DNA of 64,000 nucleotides from Myxococcales bacterium (GTDB taxonomy: Bacteria > Myxococcota_A > Polyangia > Polyangiales > Polyangiaceae), in contig JAYTOU010000044.1 in the NCBI GenBank assembly GCA_043747615.1, forward strand, positions 25,754 to 89,753, written 5' to 3'. Below the pieces are notes generated by a model. It had not been told where the DNA came from. It saw only the letters and a program-made list of their open reading frames with translations, and did not search any database. Below are positions 48,096 to 58,662 of this stretch, piece by piece. A program made the translations under genes and the position numbers. Position 1 is the stretch's first letter. The number at the start of each line of letters is the position of its first letter.

Positions 48096-48173
48096 AAATC
48101 TACTATACACTTTTTCGCGCACCAAATGCGATCAGTTGCTGCGCCCTCGGCGTGTTATCGTGACGAGCCACCC

Positions 48174-48440
48174 ATGGACGCCAGCCGAGAGATGATCGTC
48201 AAAGTCTGTCGCGACGTTCTCGGACCGCTCGTGAACGCCGACGGCGGGGTGCTCTACCTCGTGAGCGTCAGCCAAGAAGACGTTCACATACACCTGTCGG
48301 GTACGTGCGCGGGCTGCCCGGGTGCGGCGATTACGCGCGATCGCATGCTTGAGCCAGCGATCTCGAGCCTCCTTCCGAAAGCGAAGCTCCGCGTAACCAC
48401 CGGGTGGCGCGTTCCCGAAGGCGCCGAAAAGTTCGGCTGA
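48174..48440 (+). CDS. NifU/NfuA C-terminal-like Fe-S carrier
   Basis: PLVNADGG...LSGTCAGCPG. Confidence 0.88.
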   Translation: MDASREMIVKVCRDVLGPLVNADGGVLYLVSVSQEDVHIHLSGTCAGCPGAAITRDRMLEPAISSLLPKAKLRVTTGWRVPEGAEKFG

Positions 48441-48447
48441 GACTTGA

Positions 48448-48485
48448 GGTAGGGAGCGCGGCGTAGTCGCTACCGAGCCCCTACC
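48448..48485. terminator. Hairpin between convergent genes
   Basis: GGTAGGG...CCCTACC outer stem with inner GTAG/CTAC; no U-tract. Confidence 0.35.
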
Positions 48486-48496
48486 GCGCTACCGCG

Positions 48497-49363
48497 TTAG
48501 CGACCCCGACCCCTGGGCGGAGTGCCGGCGTCGGGTGCGGCTCGGTGTCCGTTCGGGTCGCTGATTCCGCCCTTGGTGATGGCGGTGATGCTCGGGTCCA
48601 TGGCGAGCGGATCTTCAGCCTTGTTGGCGCGGAGTGTTCCGATGGCGCTCATGACGATCTTGTCTTCGAGAGCGATGCCGACGATGCGCTCATCGTGCCT
48701 ATCGACCACCCGCAGGTGCGTCCCCGAGTCTTGCCACTCGGTGTACGGGCTGTTCCAGCCTTTATCGGGGTCGGCTGCGTGCGCTTTGCCGGGGACACCG
48801 ACGGCGCTGTTCATCTTGAGGACCGCCTCTTCGTAGCTCTTTCCGGCCTGGCCGTTCTCGCGAAGGCCGACCTCGTCGTAGATCTTCCAGAGGCGCTCGC
48901 CGGGGGGATTGCCGATGTAGAAGAAAAAGCGGCGCTTGCCCTCTCGCTCGACGACCTGCACGGCCTCGTGGTTTCGGTAGGTGTATTCGCCTTTGAGCAT
49001 CGTCGTGTCGAAGCCGATCGGCGTGTCCTTGAACTCGATGAAGCTGTTCGCGAAGCTCGCCTTCTTGGCGTCGCGCTCCGACTCGATCGCGGTCATGCGG
49101 ACCCCGGGCTGCATTTTCACGAGGAGGAGGTTGTATTCGCGGTCGAAAATTCCGGACGCCTGGTTATGGAGCTTGATGACGTCGCCACGGTTGCTTCCCC
49201 ACTTGAAGCCTTCGAGCAGCGTCGCCAGCGAGGGAACCGTCGGGGCTTCCGCGGAGACCGGGGGCTTCACCGGCGGCTTGGGCGGCGCGGCGATCGCGGA
49301 GAGTGAAAGGGCGATACCTCCGGTGACTAAGGAGGCGATGAGACCAATCGGGCGAAGCTTCAT
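48497..49363 (-). CDS. Exported hypothetical protein
   Basis: Signal peptide MKLRPIGLIASLV...AIA. Confidence 0.75.
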   Translation of the reverse strand: MKLRPIGLIASLVTGGIALSLSAIAAPPKPPVKPPVSAEAPTVPSLATLLEGFKWGSNRGDVIKLHNQASGIFDREYNLLLVKMQPGVRMTAIESERDAKKASFANSFIEFKDTPIGFDTTMLKGEYTYRNHEAVQVVEREGKRRFFFYIGNPPGERLWKIYDEVGLRENGQAGKSYEEAVLKMNSAVGVPGKAHAADPDKGWNSPYTEWQDSGTHLRVVDRHDERIVGIALEDKIVMSAIGTLRANKAEDPLAMDPSITAITKGGISDPNGHRAAPDAGTPPRGRGR

Positions 49364-49531
49364 GATTTTCCTCTCGAAGAAAGACGTGCGAACGGTACCA
49401 CTTGTCCGACATCGGCACCACATGCTCCGGGCGCGGGTCCGGGGCTCCCTAGTTGGACGAAGCTCGCGCAAAAAAGATGGAATCGCTTTTGAGCCTCTCG
49501 CTCGCCCCGACATGCTAAAAACAGCTCCCAC

Positions 49532-50095
49532 ATGCGTCGGACCTCGGTTGGATTTTTATTGTTCGCGGTACTTTCGTTTGCCTGCGGCGGCGGTCCCGAG
49601 GCCAAAGCTCCGGGCAGGCCCCTGCCCTCGTATGCCGGTCACGCGGTCGAGCTTTTCGATGACGCCATTGATACCCGAGCGGTCGGCCTCGAGCTCGAAG
49701 GCAGAGGTGTGGCGCCTCGGTCGGACACGCTCCTGCGTGAACGCACCCAGGTCGGCGATGCCGTGATGCGCGTGCGGATCGATACGGTCACCAGCCGCGG
49801 CGACGGCGTGAGCGAGCGCTTCGATCTCGGGCTGCGCGTCCTCGACAAGATTGCCGGTGCCGAAAACGTCCCCGATGAATTCACCGTTCGGGTCGACAAA
49901 AATAGCCCTTCCGTGGGTATCGTGAAGAGCTTTCAGGGCCGGCTCGGGGGCAAGATCTTCATCGCCTTCCTGCGTGAGTTCGTGCGGCCCGATGGCGATC
50001 CGGAGAGCCACTTTCATCTGTCGCGCGACGGCAAGGACGTCGAGGCCGCGGTGCGTGAGGCGGCAGCGCTCGGTCAGTTCGGGCCGCAAAAATAG
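49532..50095 (+). CDS. Hypothetical lipoprotein
   Basis: Lipobox SFAC. Confidence 0.75.
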   Translation: MRRTSVGFLLFAVLSFACGGGPEAKAPGRPLPSYAGHAVELFDDAIDTRAVGLELEGRGVAPRSDTLLRERTQVGDAVMRVRIDTVTSRGDGVSERFDLGLRVLDKIAGAENVPDEFTVRVDKNSPSVGIVKSFQGRLGGKIFIAFLREFVRPDGDPESHFHLSRDGKDVEAAVREAAALGQFGPQK

Positions 50096-50140
50096 AGCGT
50101 TTCGCTTGACGCGCCTGACCGGAGACGTCAGGAGTGAGCG

Positions 50141-50938
50141 GTGTCCGTCGAAATAAAAAGCCCGAAAGAGATCGACGCCATCCGCATTTCTTCGCAGATG
50201 GCCGCTGAAACGCTGGTGCTCGTCGGCGAAAAGCTTCGGGTCGGAATGACCACGGACGACATCAACACCATCGTCCACGAAGACACGCTGCGCAGAGGCG
50301 CCTATCCCTCACCTTTGAATTACAAAGGGTTCCCCAAGAGCGTGTGCACGTCGGTGAACGAAATCGTCTGCCACGGCATCCCTGGGTCCCAGGTGCTGAA
50401 AAATGGAGACATCATCAACGTCGACGTGACGACGCTCTACGGAGGCTTCCACGGCGACACCTCGGCCACGTTCTACATCGGCACGCCGAGCCCCGAAGGG
50501 CGCTTGGTGGTCGAGACGGCGCGGCGCGGCCTCGAGCTCGGAATCGCCGAGGTGAAGGACGGAGCTCGTCTGGGAGACATCGGCGCCGCCATTCAAGAGT
50601 ACGTCGAAGCGCAAGGCTGCAGCGTCGTCCGCGATTTCGTCGGACACGGGATCGGCCGCAAATTCCACGAGCCCCCGCAGGTGAAGCATTTCGGAAAACG
50701 CGGCGTCGGCGAGCGCGTGAAGGCCGGAATGGTCTTCACGATCGAGCCCATGGTCAACAGCGGCCGCTGGGAAGTAGACGTCGACGCCGAAGACAGATGG
50801 ACCGTGCGTACCTCCGACGGGTCGCTCTCCGCGCAGTTCGAGCATACCGTCGTGGTCACTCGGACGGGCTGCGAGGTGCTGACCAAGCGCGTGAAGCCGC
50901 TCAAGCTCTCCGAGAACGTCGCCACCGTCTTTGCCTGA
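50141..50938 (+). CDS. map: Type I methionine aminopeptidase
   Basis: CHGIP, DVT, HGDT, GHGIG, TIEPM, AQFEHT. Confidence 0.97.
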   Translation: MSVEIKSPKEIDAIRISSQMAAETLVLVGEKLRVGMTTDDINTIVHEDTLRRGAYPSPLNYKGFPKSVCTSVNEIVCHGIPGSQVLKNGDIINVDVTTLYGGFHGDTSATFYIGTPSPEGRLVVETARRGLELGIAEVKDGARLGDIGAAIQEYVEAQGCSVVRDFVGHGIGRKFHEPPQVKHFGKRGVGERVKAGMVFTIEPMVNSGRWEVDVDAEDRWTVRTSDGSLSAQFEHTVVVTRTGCEVLTKRVKPLKLSENVATVFA

Positions 50939-50986
50939 GGCATTTGCCTGAGGCACTCGCGGATGGCTTCGCGGATGGCTTCGCGG
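50930..50986 (+). repeat. Two adjacent short tandem duplications
   Basis: TTTGCCTGAGGCA x2, then TCGCGGATGGCT x2.5. Confidence 0.9.
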
Positions 50987-50993
50987 GCGGTCT

Positions 50994-52700
50994 CTACGCG
51001 GGCAGTTTTTTTCCGCTCAGCATCTCGGCGGCCGCGCGCCTGGTCGCCTCGCCGACTTTAACGCCGCCGATCATCCGGGCAATCTCGTCGACCCGCTCGC
51101 TCTCCTTGAGGCGCGCGACGGTCGTCACGGTGCGATTCTTCACCTCGGTTTTTCCGACGACGAAGTGAGCATCGGCGAGCGCCGCGATCTGCGGCAGGTG
51201 GGTGATGCACAGCACCTGACGGTGACGCGCGACATCGGCGATCGAGTGCCCGATCACCTCGGCTATCGCCCCGCCCACTCCGGCATCCACTTCGTCGAAC
51301 ACGTACATGCCGGCAGGCCCCTTCTCGGCGAGCACCCGTTTGAGCGCTAAGAGCGAGCGTGAAAGCTCACCGCCGCTGGCGATGCGGCGGAGCGGACGCG
51401 GGTCTTCGCCCTTGTTCGGAGCAATGAGAAATTCGACGCGGTCGACGCCAGCGCGAGTGAGTCGAGCGCCGTCCACGAGGAGCGCTCCCTCTGCGCCGGC
51501 CGACGTGGGCGCCACCTCGACGATCACCCGTGCCCGTCCCATTCCGAGCTGCGTGAGCTCGCGGCCGATCGCATCGGCGAGCTTCTCGGCAGCATCGCGG
51601 CGTTTCTTGGATAGGGCGCGTGCGGCGACGCTCACCTCCATGAGACGACGATCGCGCTGCTCCTCGAGCTCTTTTGCCCGATCGCCGGATCGCGCGAGCC
51701 CCTCGATCTCTCGAGCGACGCTCACCCGATGAGCAACGAGCTCCGCGGTCGTCGGACCGTGTTTCCGTAAGAGCTTCTGCAACCGAGAAAGACGCTCCTC
51801 GACTTCCTCCAGCCGCGCCGGGTTCGACTCGACCCCGCCGGCATAGCGGTCTAGCCCACGTGCAGCATCGGCGAGCTCCGCTCGGGCCGACTCGATCGCA
51901 CGGGCGAGCGGCGCGAGGGATCCGTCCACCGCGGCGCTTCCGTCCAGCTCCGCCGCGAGGCGCGCGAGCTCATCGCAGATCGCATTCTCACCTTCGTAAA
52001 GGCGGTCGGCAGCGTGACGTGTTGCCTGTCCGAGCTTCTCGGCATGGCGGAGCCGCCCTCGCTCGTGCTCAAGCTCCGTTTCCTCACCGACCTGGGGATC
52101 CAGCTCCTCGATCTCCTGAAGTTGAAACGCCAAAAAATCTTCACGCTCGGCGCGCCCGCGCTCCGCATCGCGTACGACCTCGAGCTCCTTCACGATGGCG
52201 GCGAGGCTGTCGACCTCCACGCCGAGGGCGTCGCGCGACGCGTCGAGCTTTCCGAAAGCATCGAGGTACTCGAGGTGACTCGCGGGATCGGTCAGGCTCA
52301 CGCTCTCGTGTTGCGATGAGATATCGCAGAGCTCCGGCGCGATCTCGACGAGCTGCGCGGCGGTGCACATGCGACCGTTGACGAAGGCGCGACTTCGTCC
52401 CTCCGCCGGCACGACACGGCGAATGACGAGCTCGTTGTCGCAAGGGACACCGGCCGCCTCGAGCTTCGCCCCCACCCGCGATCCTGGCGCAAGCTCGAAG
52501 AGCGCTTCTACTTCAGCCTCACGCGCACCGGCACGCACCATGTCTGGCCGCGAGCGTCCGCCCAGCACAAGGGTGAGCGCGTCGACGAGCATGGATTTTC
52601 CCGCGCCCGTCTCGCCCGTGAGGACGTTGAATCCGCCGTGGAGCTCGATGACGAGTTTTTCGAGCAGAACAATATTGTGAACGGTGAGCTGAAGAAGCAT
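50994..52700 (-). CDS. recN: DNA repair protein RecN
   Basis: LTGETGAGKS, ASGGELSR, FDEVDAG, THLPQ. Confidence 0.97.
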   Translation of the reverse strand: MLLQLTVHNIVLLEKLVIELHGGFNVLTGETGAGKSMLVDALTLVLGGRSRPDMVRAGAREAEVEALFELAPGSRVGAKLEAAGVPCDNELVIRRVVPAEGRSRAFVNGRMCTAAQLVEIAPELCDISSQHESVSLTDPASHLEYLDAFGKLDASRDALGVEVDSLAAIVKELEVVRDAERGRAEREDFLAFQLQEIEELDPQVGEETELEHERGRLRHAEKLGQATRHAADRLYEGENAICDELARLAAELDGSAAVDGSLAPLARAIESARAELADAARGLDRYAGGVESNPARLEEVEERLSRLQKLLRKHGPTTAELVAHRVSVAREIEGLARSGDRAKELEEQRDRRLMEVSVAARALSKKRRDAAEKLADAIGRELTQLGMGRARVIVEVAPTSAGAEGALLVDGARLTRAGVDRVEFLIAPNKGEDPRPLRRIASGGELSRSLLALKRVLAEKGPAGMYVFDEVDAGVGGAIAEVIGHSIADVARHRQVLCITHLPQIAALADAHFVVGKTEVKNRTVTTVARLKESERVDEIARMIGGVKVGEATRRAAAEMLSGKKLPA

Positions 52701-52870
52701 CGCGCCGGGTCGTGCCGCAGTCTTTTCCCCGCTGCAATGCTTGACGGCTGATCCTCCCGGCGACTAGCATCCGCTCGGGCGCGGCGGGGTGCGTTGCCGC
52801 GCGCATTTTTCTTATAGTTTCCCAACACTTCCAGCATCGCAGCAGAGCCTTCAGCAGAAACTAGAGCGGG

Positions 52871-53710
52871 ATGCCCCCCAAAACTGCCGTCAAGAAAAAG
52901 CCGGCCCCGGCGCGGGTCACTCCGCCGCCGGAGCCCCCGAAACCGGTCACGGTCGAGGAGCGCACAGCTTCGCTCGAAGCCCGTCTCCAAAAAGCCGATC
53001 CGGCGTTTCAGGAAAACTATCGAGAAAACCTCGATATGTCGTGGATCTACCACGATAGCGCGCTCGAAGGCGTGGTCTACACGTTCCAGGAGCTGCGAAC
53101 GGCCATCGACCCCACGAGCATGGTGGTCGCCGATTCGAGCCTCCAGCCGGTGTGCGAAGAGATCCGTCGCCACCGGGAGGCGCTCCACTACATCCGCGAC
53201 TATGCGGTGAAGAGGCGCCTGCCGATCAACCTCGACGTCGTGAAGAAGATTTACGTCATCCTCCACCCTGAGGAGGGAGACGTCAAAACGGTCCGCTACC
53301 GGAAAGACATTCCGCAGCACCGGCTCTACTTCCACGAGTACGCGCCGCCTGACAAGATCACCTACAAGATGCGGCAGATTCTCGACTGGGTGAACGACCC
53401 GGAGACGCGCCGCACGCGAAATGCCGTCCGCATCGCGGCACGCGCTCACTACGATCTGCTCCGCGTTTTCCCGTTCACGCACGACAGCGGAAAGGTCGCG
53501 CGTCTGCTCATGAACCTGCTCCTCCTCCGCAGCGGCTACCCGCCGGCGATCGTCCACTCCACCGAGCGGCAGCGGTATTACGACGCCCTCAAGGGCTCGA
53601 GCGCCGCGATGATGACGATCGTTCAAGAGGCGATCGACAACAACCTCGCCTCGATCGAAAAGCTTCTCGACACCTACGAAAATCGAGCGCCGAAGGCTCA
53701 AGGTGTTTGA
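52871..53710 (+). CDS. Fic-family protein with degenerate active-site motif
   Basis: WIYHDSALEG helix; FPFTHDSGKVARLLMN in place of HPFxDGNGRxxR; GYPP, RYYDAL. Confidence 0.85.
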   Translation: MPPKTAVKKKPAPARVTPPPEPPKPVTVEERTASLEARLQKADPAFQENYRENLDMSWIYHDSALEGVVYTFQELRTAIDPTSMVVADSSLQPVCEEIRRHREALHYIRDYAVKRRLPINLDVVKKIYVILHPEEGDVKTVRYRKDIPQHRLYFHEYAPPDKITYKMRQILDWVNDPETRRTRNAVRIAARAHYDLLRVFPFTHDSGKVARLLMNLLLLRSGYPPAIVHSTERQRYYDALKGSSAAMMTIVQEAIDNNLASIEKLLDTYENRAPKAQGV

Positions 53711-53749
53711 CGGTGCCAACCGCTGCCAAAGGACGGTGCGTGAAGGCGC

Positions 53750-54529
53750 ATGCTGGCAAGGCGCGTAATCCCCTGTCTTGACCTTCGCGACGGGCGCGTC
53801 GTCAAAGGGGTGAATTTCCTCGGCCTGCGCGACGCGGGCGATCCGGTGGAGACGGCGGCACGCTACGACGCTGACGGCGCCGACGAAATCACGCTCCTCG
53901 ACATCACCGCGACCCACGAGGGGCGCGGGGCAATGCTCGACGTAGTGGCGCGCACGGCCGACGTGACGTCGACGCCACTCACCGTCGGCGGGGGCGTTCG
54001 GTCGGTCGACGACGTGCGCGCCCTTCTCGCGGCGGGCGCCGACAAAGTGAGCATGAACTCGAGCGCCGTGAAGACGCCAGAGCTCGTGCAGCGCTGCGCG
54101 GACAAGTGGGGCCGTCAGGCGGTGGTGGTCGCCATCGACGCCAAACGCCGGCAAAAAGCGGGTTCCGGGTCACCCCCGACGTGGGAGGTCTTCATCCAAG
54201 GTGGCCGCGTCGCCACCGGTCTTGACGCGGTCGAGTGGGCCGCCGAGATGGACCGGTTTGGCGCGGGCGAGCTCCTCGTGACGAGCATGGACCGCGATGG
54301 AACACTCGCGGGCTACGATCTGGAGCTCACTCGAGCGATCGCCGACGCGGTGTCCATTCCCGTCGTGGCGAGCGGCGGCGTAGGAACGCTCGAGCACTTG
54401 AGGGCAGGGCTCGTCGAAGGCGGAGCCGACGCAGCACTCGCGGCCTCGATTTTTCACGACGGCAAGCACTCGATCGCTGAAGCCAAGCGTTTCTTGGCCA
54501 GGGCGGGGGTTCCAGTGAGGCTTTCATGA
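53750..54529 (+). CDS. hisF: Imidazole glycerol phosphate synthase cyclase subunit
   Basis: [28 protein letters not shown]. Confidence 0.97.
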   Translation: MLARRVIPCLDLRDGRVVKGVNFLGLRDAGDPVETAARYDADGADEITLLDITATHEGRGAMLDVVARTADVTSTPLTVGGGVRSVDDVRALLAAGADKVSMNSSAVKTPELVQRCADKWGRQAVVVAIDAKRRQKAGSGSPPTWEVFIQGGRVATGLDAVEWAAEMDRFGAGELLVTSMDRDGTLAGYDLELTRAIADAVSIPVVASGGVGTLEHLRAGLVEGGADAALAASIFHDGKHSIAEAKRFLARAGVPVRLS

Positions 54530-56346
54530 GTGCGCTCGACGCATCGATCACGCTCGAAGAGGTGTTCGCCGTCGTGAGCACCAAGCGCGTTCCTCTCGCG
54601 CCCGAGCTCGCTGGCTACCTCGCACTCGAGATCACCGAAGGGGCGGCCGGCGGTCCTGGAGAGATCGACCCGAAGCACGTTTACATCGGCGACGAAGGCT
54701 CGGTTGCCCTGGTTCGACCGAAGCGCGACAACCCGCAGGGGGATGCCGAGAGCTCGATCCGCGCGATCCTCCAGAAGCTGCTCGACGCCAGCGGCTCGCA
54801 GACCCCCGCACTCGGAGCGGCTGCGAAACGCGCCTCGGGTGGGGGCGTGCCGTCGCTCTCGCAAGAGCTCGAAGCAGCGCTCATTCCAGTAAACCGTGCG
54901 GCCGGTCGGCGCGCGCTCGCCCGCCTCGCGCGCGAGGTGAAACGGGTCACGATGGGCGTCGGTCGCAACGCCTCGGTGCCGGCAAGCGAGCGGGGTCCGC
55001 GGGCGTCGTCACCCAGCTTCGATCGGGTCGTCGCAGCGAGCCCGGCAATCGCACCCAGTCCGCAGACGGTCGCGACCCCGGTTCCTCCCGCGCTCCTACG
55101 CCCGGTGACCCCGCCGCCCGTCGTGTTCGGCGATCAAGAGCAGCCGACGACGGCGAGGCGGGACATCCCCAGCGAGGTTCTCGCGGAGGCGAGCCCCAAA
55201 CCAGCGCCGACGCTCGGTCGCCCGATAAGCCTGAACGATCTGCCCACCCGCGAGTTCACCACCAGCGAAGCGGTGCTCGCGAAGGGCCACGACGACGTAG
55301 ACAGCCTGCTGTCGTCCTTCGAAGTGTCCGAAAATCGACCCGACCTGGCGGTCTCGCGCGATCTCAAAGCGATGGCCGGGCTCGACCCCACACCCGCTCC
55401 GCCCGACGCCGATGGAATCGAGAGCCTGCTCGCGATGACCAGCCGGGCGCCCGAGGCAAGACGCGGCAGCGGGGCCCGAACATCGAGCCCCAAAGTCAGA
55501 GCGGAACCGAACCCGGAGATGCTCAAGGACACGCCTCTCCCGGCTCGGAAGCGTAATCCGTCGTATGCCGATGATCGACAGCTCCCCACCGCACCGGCCG
55601 CGAGAAAGCCTTCCTTGGCCCCCCCGACGAACGCAGCGCGCCGACGGGCGCCGAAGACCGATCGCTTCCTCGTGGTGCTCCTGCTTCTCCTCGTTGGCGC
55701 GGGGGCGTTCATCGTCTGGATGCTGAAACCAGGCTTTTTGACGGGGAGAACGCCCAATGCGGTCCAGACCGAGAAGGTCAACGTCGAGGCGGAGCAGGCG
55801 AAAGTCGAAGCGGCGCAGAAGGCCGTGGCCTGCCGGGCGACCCTCACCGTGACCGATGTCCCGGCGGACGCCGAGGTGCTCCTCCACGTGGGGCGAGCGC
55901 CAGCGGACGTCGAGCATATGCCGATCGGCGCGCGTCTCGAGTTCGTGGCCACGGCAGACGGGTATGCGCCGAAGCGTGTCGTCGTGCCGCAAGGCGCGAC
56001 GTGGGATCCGGGGCCCGGCGGCAAAGCGCGCTACGAAGTCGCCGTGCAGCTCGACGCCTCCAAAGGAAAAGTAGGAAGCGTCGATCTGTGGCCGGCGGGT
56101 GATCCCGGCACTGACGTCGGCGGCAAGGGCGCGCCCGGCACCGTGCACGTCGTTTCCAGTCCGAGAGGGGCCGAGCTCTGGCTGCTGACGGGGCTCGGAC
56201 CGGAGGCGGTCATCGAGCAGCTCCCTTGCCAGGGAGACGTAGAGGTCCTCGTCGCCGGACCGAAAGGACGCCGCACGCGCCTTCGTGTCAAAGAGGCCGA
56301 ATTTGCGACAAATCCGAAGCACGCCGCGAAGATCAGCGCCAAGTAG
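54526..56346 (+). CDS. Bitopic membrane protein: pseudokinase-like N-terminus, Pro-rich linker, TM, PEGA-like C-terminus
   Basis: TLEEV...[13 protein letters not shown]...[16 protein letters not shown] resembles kinase subdomains [34 protein letters not shown]. Confidence 0.7.
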   Translation: MSALDASITLEEVFAVVSTKRVPLAPELAGYLALEITEGAAGGPGEIDPKHVYIGDEGSVALVRPKRDNPQGDAESSIRAILQKLLDASGSQTPALGAAAKRASGGGVPSLSQELEAALIPVNRAAGRRALARLAREVKRVTMGVGRNASVPASERGPRASSPSFDRVVAASPAIAPSPQTVATPVPPALLRPVTPPPVVFGDQEQPTTARRDIPSEVLAEASPKPAPTLGRPISLNDLPTREFTTSEAVLAKGHDDVDSLLSSFEVSENRPDLAVSRDLKAMAGLDPTPAPPDADGIESLLAMTSRAPEARRGSGARTSSPKVRAEPNPEMLKDTPLPARKRNPSYADDRQLPTAPAARKPSLAPPTNAARRRAPKTDRFLVVLLLLLVGAGAFIVWMLKPGFLTGRTPNAVQTEKVNVEAEQAKVEAAQKAVACRATLTVTDVPADAEVLLHVGRAPADVEHMPIGARLEFVATADGYAPKRVVVPQGATWDPGPGGKARYEVAVQLDASKGKVGSVDLWPAGDPGTDVGGKGAPGTVHVVSSPRGAELWLLTGLGPEAVIEQLPCQGDVEVLVAGPKGRRTRLRVKEAEFATNPKHAAKISAK

Positions 56347-56388
56347 GCGCCTGTAGAAAGGGGCCTTGTTTCGCGGTACGTTCGCTCC

Positions 56389-56772
56389 ATGCACGAGCAA
56401 GATCTAGCCATCATCAAAGCCCTGATCCCCATGGCCTGGGCCGACGGTGTCTACGACGACAAAGAGAAAGAGACCATCGACGCGCTCCTCGAGGCGTTCG
56501 ACGCGGACGCGGCTGAGAAGGAACGCATCCACCAGTACGCCGCTGAGAAACGCACGCTCGACGACATTGATCTGCAAGAGCTGTCGGCACCGGACCGGCG
56601 CCTCGTCATCCAGCACGCCGTGCTCCTGTCGTTCGTCGATGGCTCACAAGGCCCCGAAGAGATCGCGCTCCTCGCTAATCTCGTAACGAAGCTCAAAGTG
56701 CCGGCCGCGGAAGCGACCGAAATCATCGAAGCCGCGACCGTCCGCGCGAAGAAGAACCTGAAACTGCTCTAA
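56389..56772 (+). CDS. TerB/DUF533-like protein
   Basis: ALIPMAWADG...E; VDG...E..LL..L. Confidence 0.8.
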   Translation: MHEQDLAIIKALIPMAWADGVYDDKEKETIDALLEAFDADAAEKERIHQYAAEKRTLDDIDLQELSAPDRRLVIQHAVLLSFVDGSQGPEEIALLANLVTKLKVPAAEATEIIEAATVRAKKNLKLL

Positions 56773-57158
56773 GCGTTCGAGTGGTGTCGGGTGCGGACGG
56801 ACTCGATTTCCTTGAGCAACGCCATCGGGCTGAACGGCTTGGTGTAGTAGCCGTTCGCCCCGGCCTCGCTTGCCATCCGCTTCGACTCTTCATCGTCGAG
56901 GGCGCTGATGATGAGGACCGGGATGGACTTCGTGAGCGGCTCGGCGCGCAGGCGGCGGCAAACCTCGTAGCCGTCGTACGACCCGGGTAAATTCAGGTCG
57001 AGCAGGACGACGTCGGGCACATTTGCAAACGCGAGCTCGAGGCCTTTCGATCCCGAGGGAACGGCGGTGACCACATGACCTCGCCCCGAGACGAGCGCCT
57101 CGATCATTCGGCTGATCGAGTCCGAGTCTTCGATGATCAGGATCCGCATGCCGTTCAT
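56769..57158 (-). CDS. Single-domain response regulator
   Basis: ILIIEDS, VLLDLNLP, IISA, KPF. Confidence 0.93.
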   Translation of the reverse strand: MNGMRILIIEDSDSISRMIEALVSGRGHVVTAVPSGSKGLELAFANVPDVVLLDLNLPGSYDGYEVCRRLRAEPLTKSIPVLIISALDDEESKRMASEAGANGYYTKPFSPMALLKEIESVRTRHHSNA

Positions 57159-57215
57159 GCTACGGCTTTGACATCGCGCCGACCAGCAAGTTGAAGAGCT
57201 GCGTCTCGTACTTAT

Positions 57216-58622
57216 TTACATCGCGCGTGGGAACGTCACCGACACGCGCACGCCACCTGCGGGCGCGTCCCCGAGCTCGAGGGTCGCCCCTTGCCAGGAA
57301 GCAATCTCGTTGGCGACGTAGAAGGGCAAGCTGGTCGGCCGCCCGTAGGTACCGGGCTCCACTTGAAGCGCGACGAACGCTCTTCGCGCGGAGGAAGGAA
57401 GCGGGGCGCCTGCGTCGTCGACCGTGACCCTCGGGAAGAGATCCTCGACAGCGTCGACGGTCAGCGTCACGACCGATCCGCGTGGAGATGCGGCGATGGC
57501 CTGCACGAGCAGCTCTCGCAGGAGAACGAGCGCGGCGCGCGGGCCGATCCGAGCCGAGATGCGCGGCGAGTCGTCCTTCTCCGAGCCCGACGCGGCGATC
57601 TCGATCTTTACGTCGGCCCGCTCCGCACGCCGGGCGAGCGCGCGGGAAGCCTGTCGAGCCGTCTCGGTGAGGTCGACGAGCTTGGAGATTTCCTCTTCGT
57701 GAAGATCTCCGAGAGCGCCCAACGCGGCGACAAACTCCTGAGCGCGTGAGACGGCGCGCGCGATGATCGGCATCGGATCTTCCTCGCCCGGTTTCGGAGC
57801 GACGAGGTGCTTTGCCGTCGGGGCGAGAATGGTGCGGAGCTCGGCTGCGACGCCGCCCGCGAACTTTGCCAAGCTCGCAAAACGCTCGCCCGGAGGCGTC
57901 ATGTGCATCGCCGGGGGAATGGTCGACGGCGTCGTCGGCTCCTCGCCTTGGGCGATGACGGCAGCGAGCTCGCGTGCGTACACTTCGCCTTGTTTTCGAG
58001 CCTCATCGAGCTCTTTACGAAGCGACTCGCGCTCTTTCTTTTCGGATACACCGTCCGCCGGGAGGCTGAGCACTTCCGCGCCGCCTTCGAGATCGTAGCG
58101 GCCTCCGTATCGGATCGCCATGCGACTCACCCACGCGCGCTCCGTCTCCGCGATCGTCGAGCTATCGGGGCCGAGCATCACAGAGAGGCGAACGTCGTCC
58201 CCTTCCCGCTTGATGGTGACCGCCGAGCCGACGCCGGTGCTGTGACCGACAAGCACGTGCACCATGCGACGGAGCTCGCCCTCTTCGCCGAAGACCTCGG
58301 TGCCGCCGCCCGGCTCGATCGAGACGCGCGCATCGGGCGCAACCTCCCAGATCAAGGCGGCGAGATCGATTCGTCCGCGCCGCCCGCCACCGCGTGGGGT
58401 GCCCGGTGTCTGGTGGAGCGACGAGAGCATCTTCATTGCGTCGTCGAGCGCGTCCAGCGTGGCGTCGAGGCCATGGGACTCGCCGATGTGAACTTCGGGT
58501 GCTGGAGGCGCGTTGGTCTTCAGCACCTGCACGCCGACACGAAGCCGCTCGGCCGCGCCTTGTGCTTCCTGCGTGAGGAGCCAGCCGAGCTCCTGGCGAG
58601 TCAGTCGCCCTTTCGTGGACAA
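57216..58622 (-). CDS. Degenerate histidine-kinase-like protein
   Basis: AGGVAAELRTIL (H-box without His), ELLVQA, VDDAGAPL, altered G2 box, GGVRVSVTFP end. Confidence 0.75.
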   Translation of the reverse strand: MSTKGRLTRQELGWLLTQEAQGAAERLRVGVQVLKTNAPPAPEVHIGESHGLDATLDALDDAMKMLSSLHQTPGTPRGGGRRGRIDLAALIWEVAPDARVSIEPGGGTEVFGEEGELRRMVHVLVGHSTGVGSAVTIKREGDDVRLSVMLGPDSSTIAETERAWVSRMAIRYGGRYDLEGGAEVLSLPADGVSEKKERESLRKELDEARKQGEVYARELAAVIAQGEEPTTPSTIPPAMHMTPPGERFASLAKFAGGVAAELRTILAPTAKHLVAPKPGEEDPMPIIARAVSRAQEFVAALGALGDLHEEEISKLVDLTETARQASRALARRAERADVKIEIAASGSEKDDSPRISARIGPRAALVLLRELLVQAIAASPRGSVVTLTVDAVEDLFPRVTVDDAGAPLPSSARRAFVALQVEPGTYGRPTSLPFYVANEIASWQGATLELGDAPAGGVRVSVTFPRAM

Positions 58623-58662
58623 AGCGTGCCTCCAGGTTCGTGGATCATCGTACCATTAGAGC

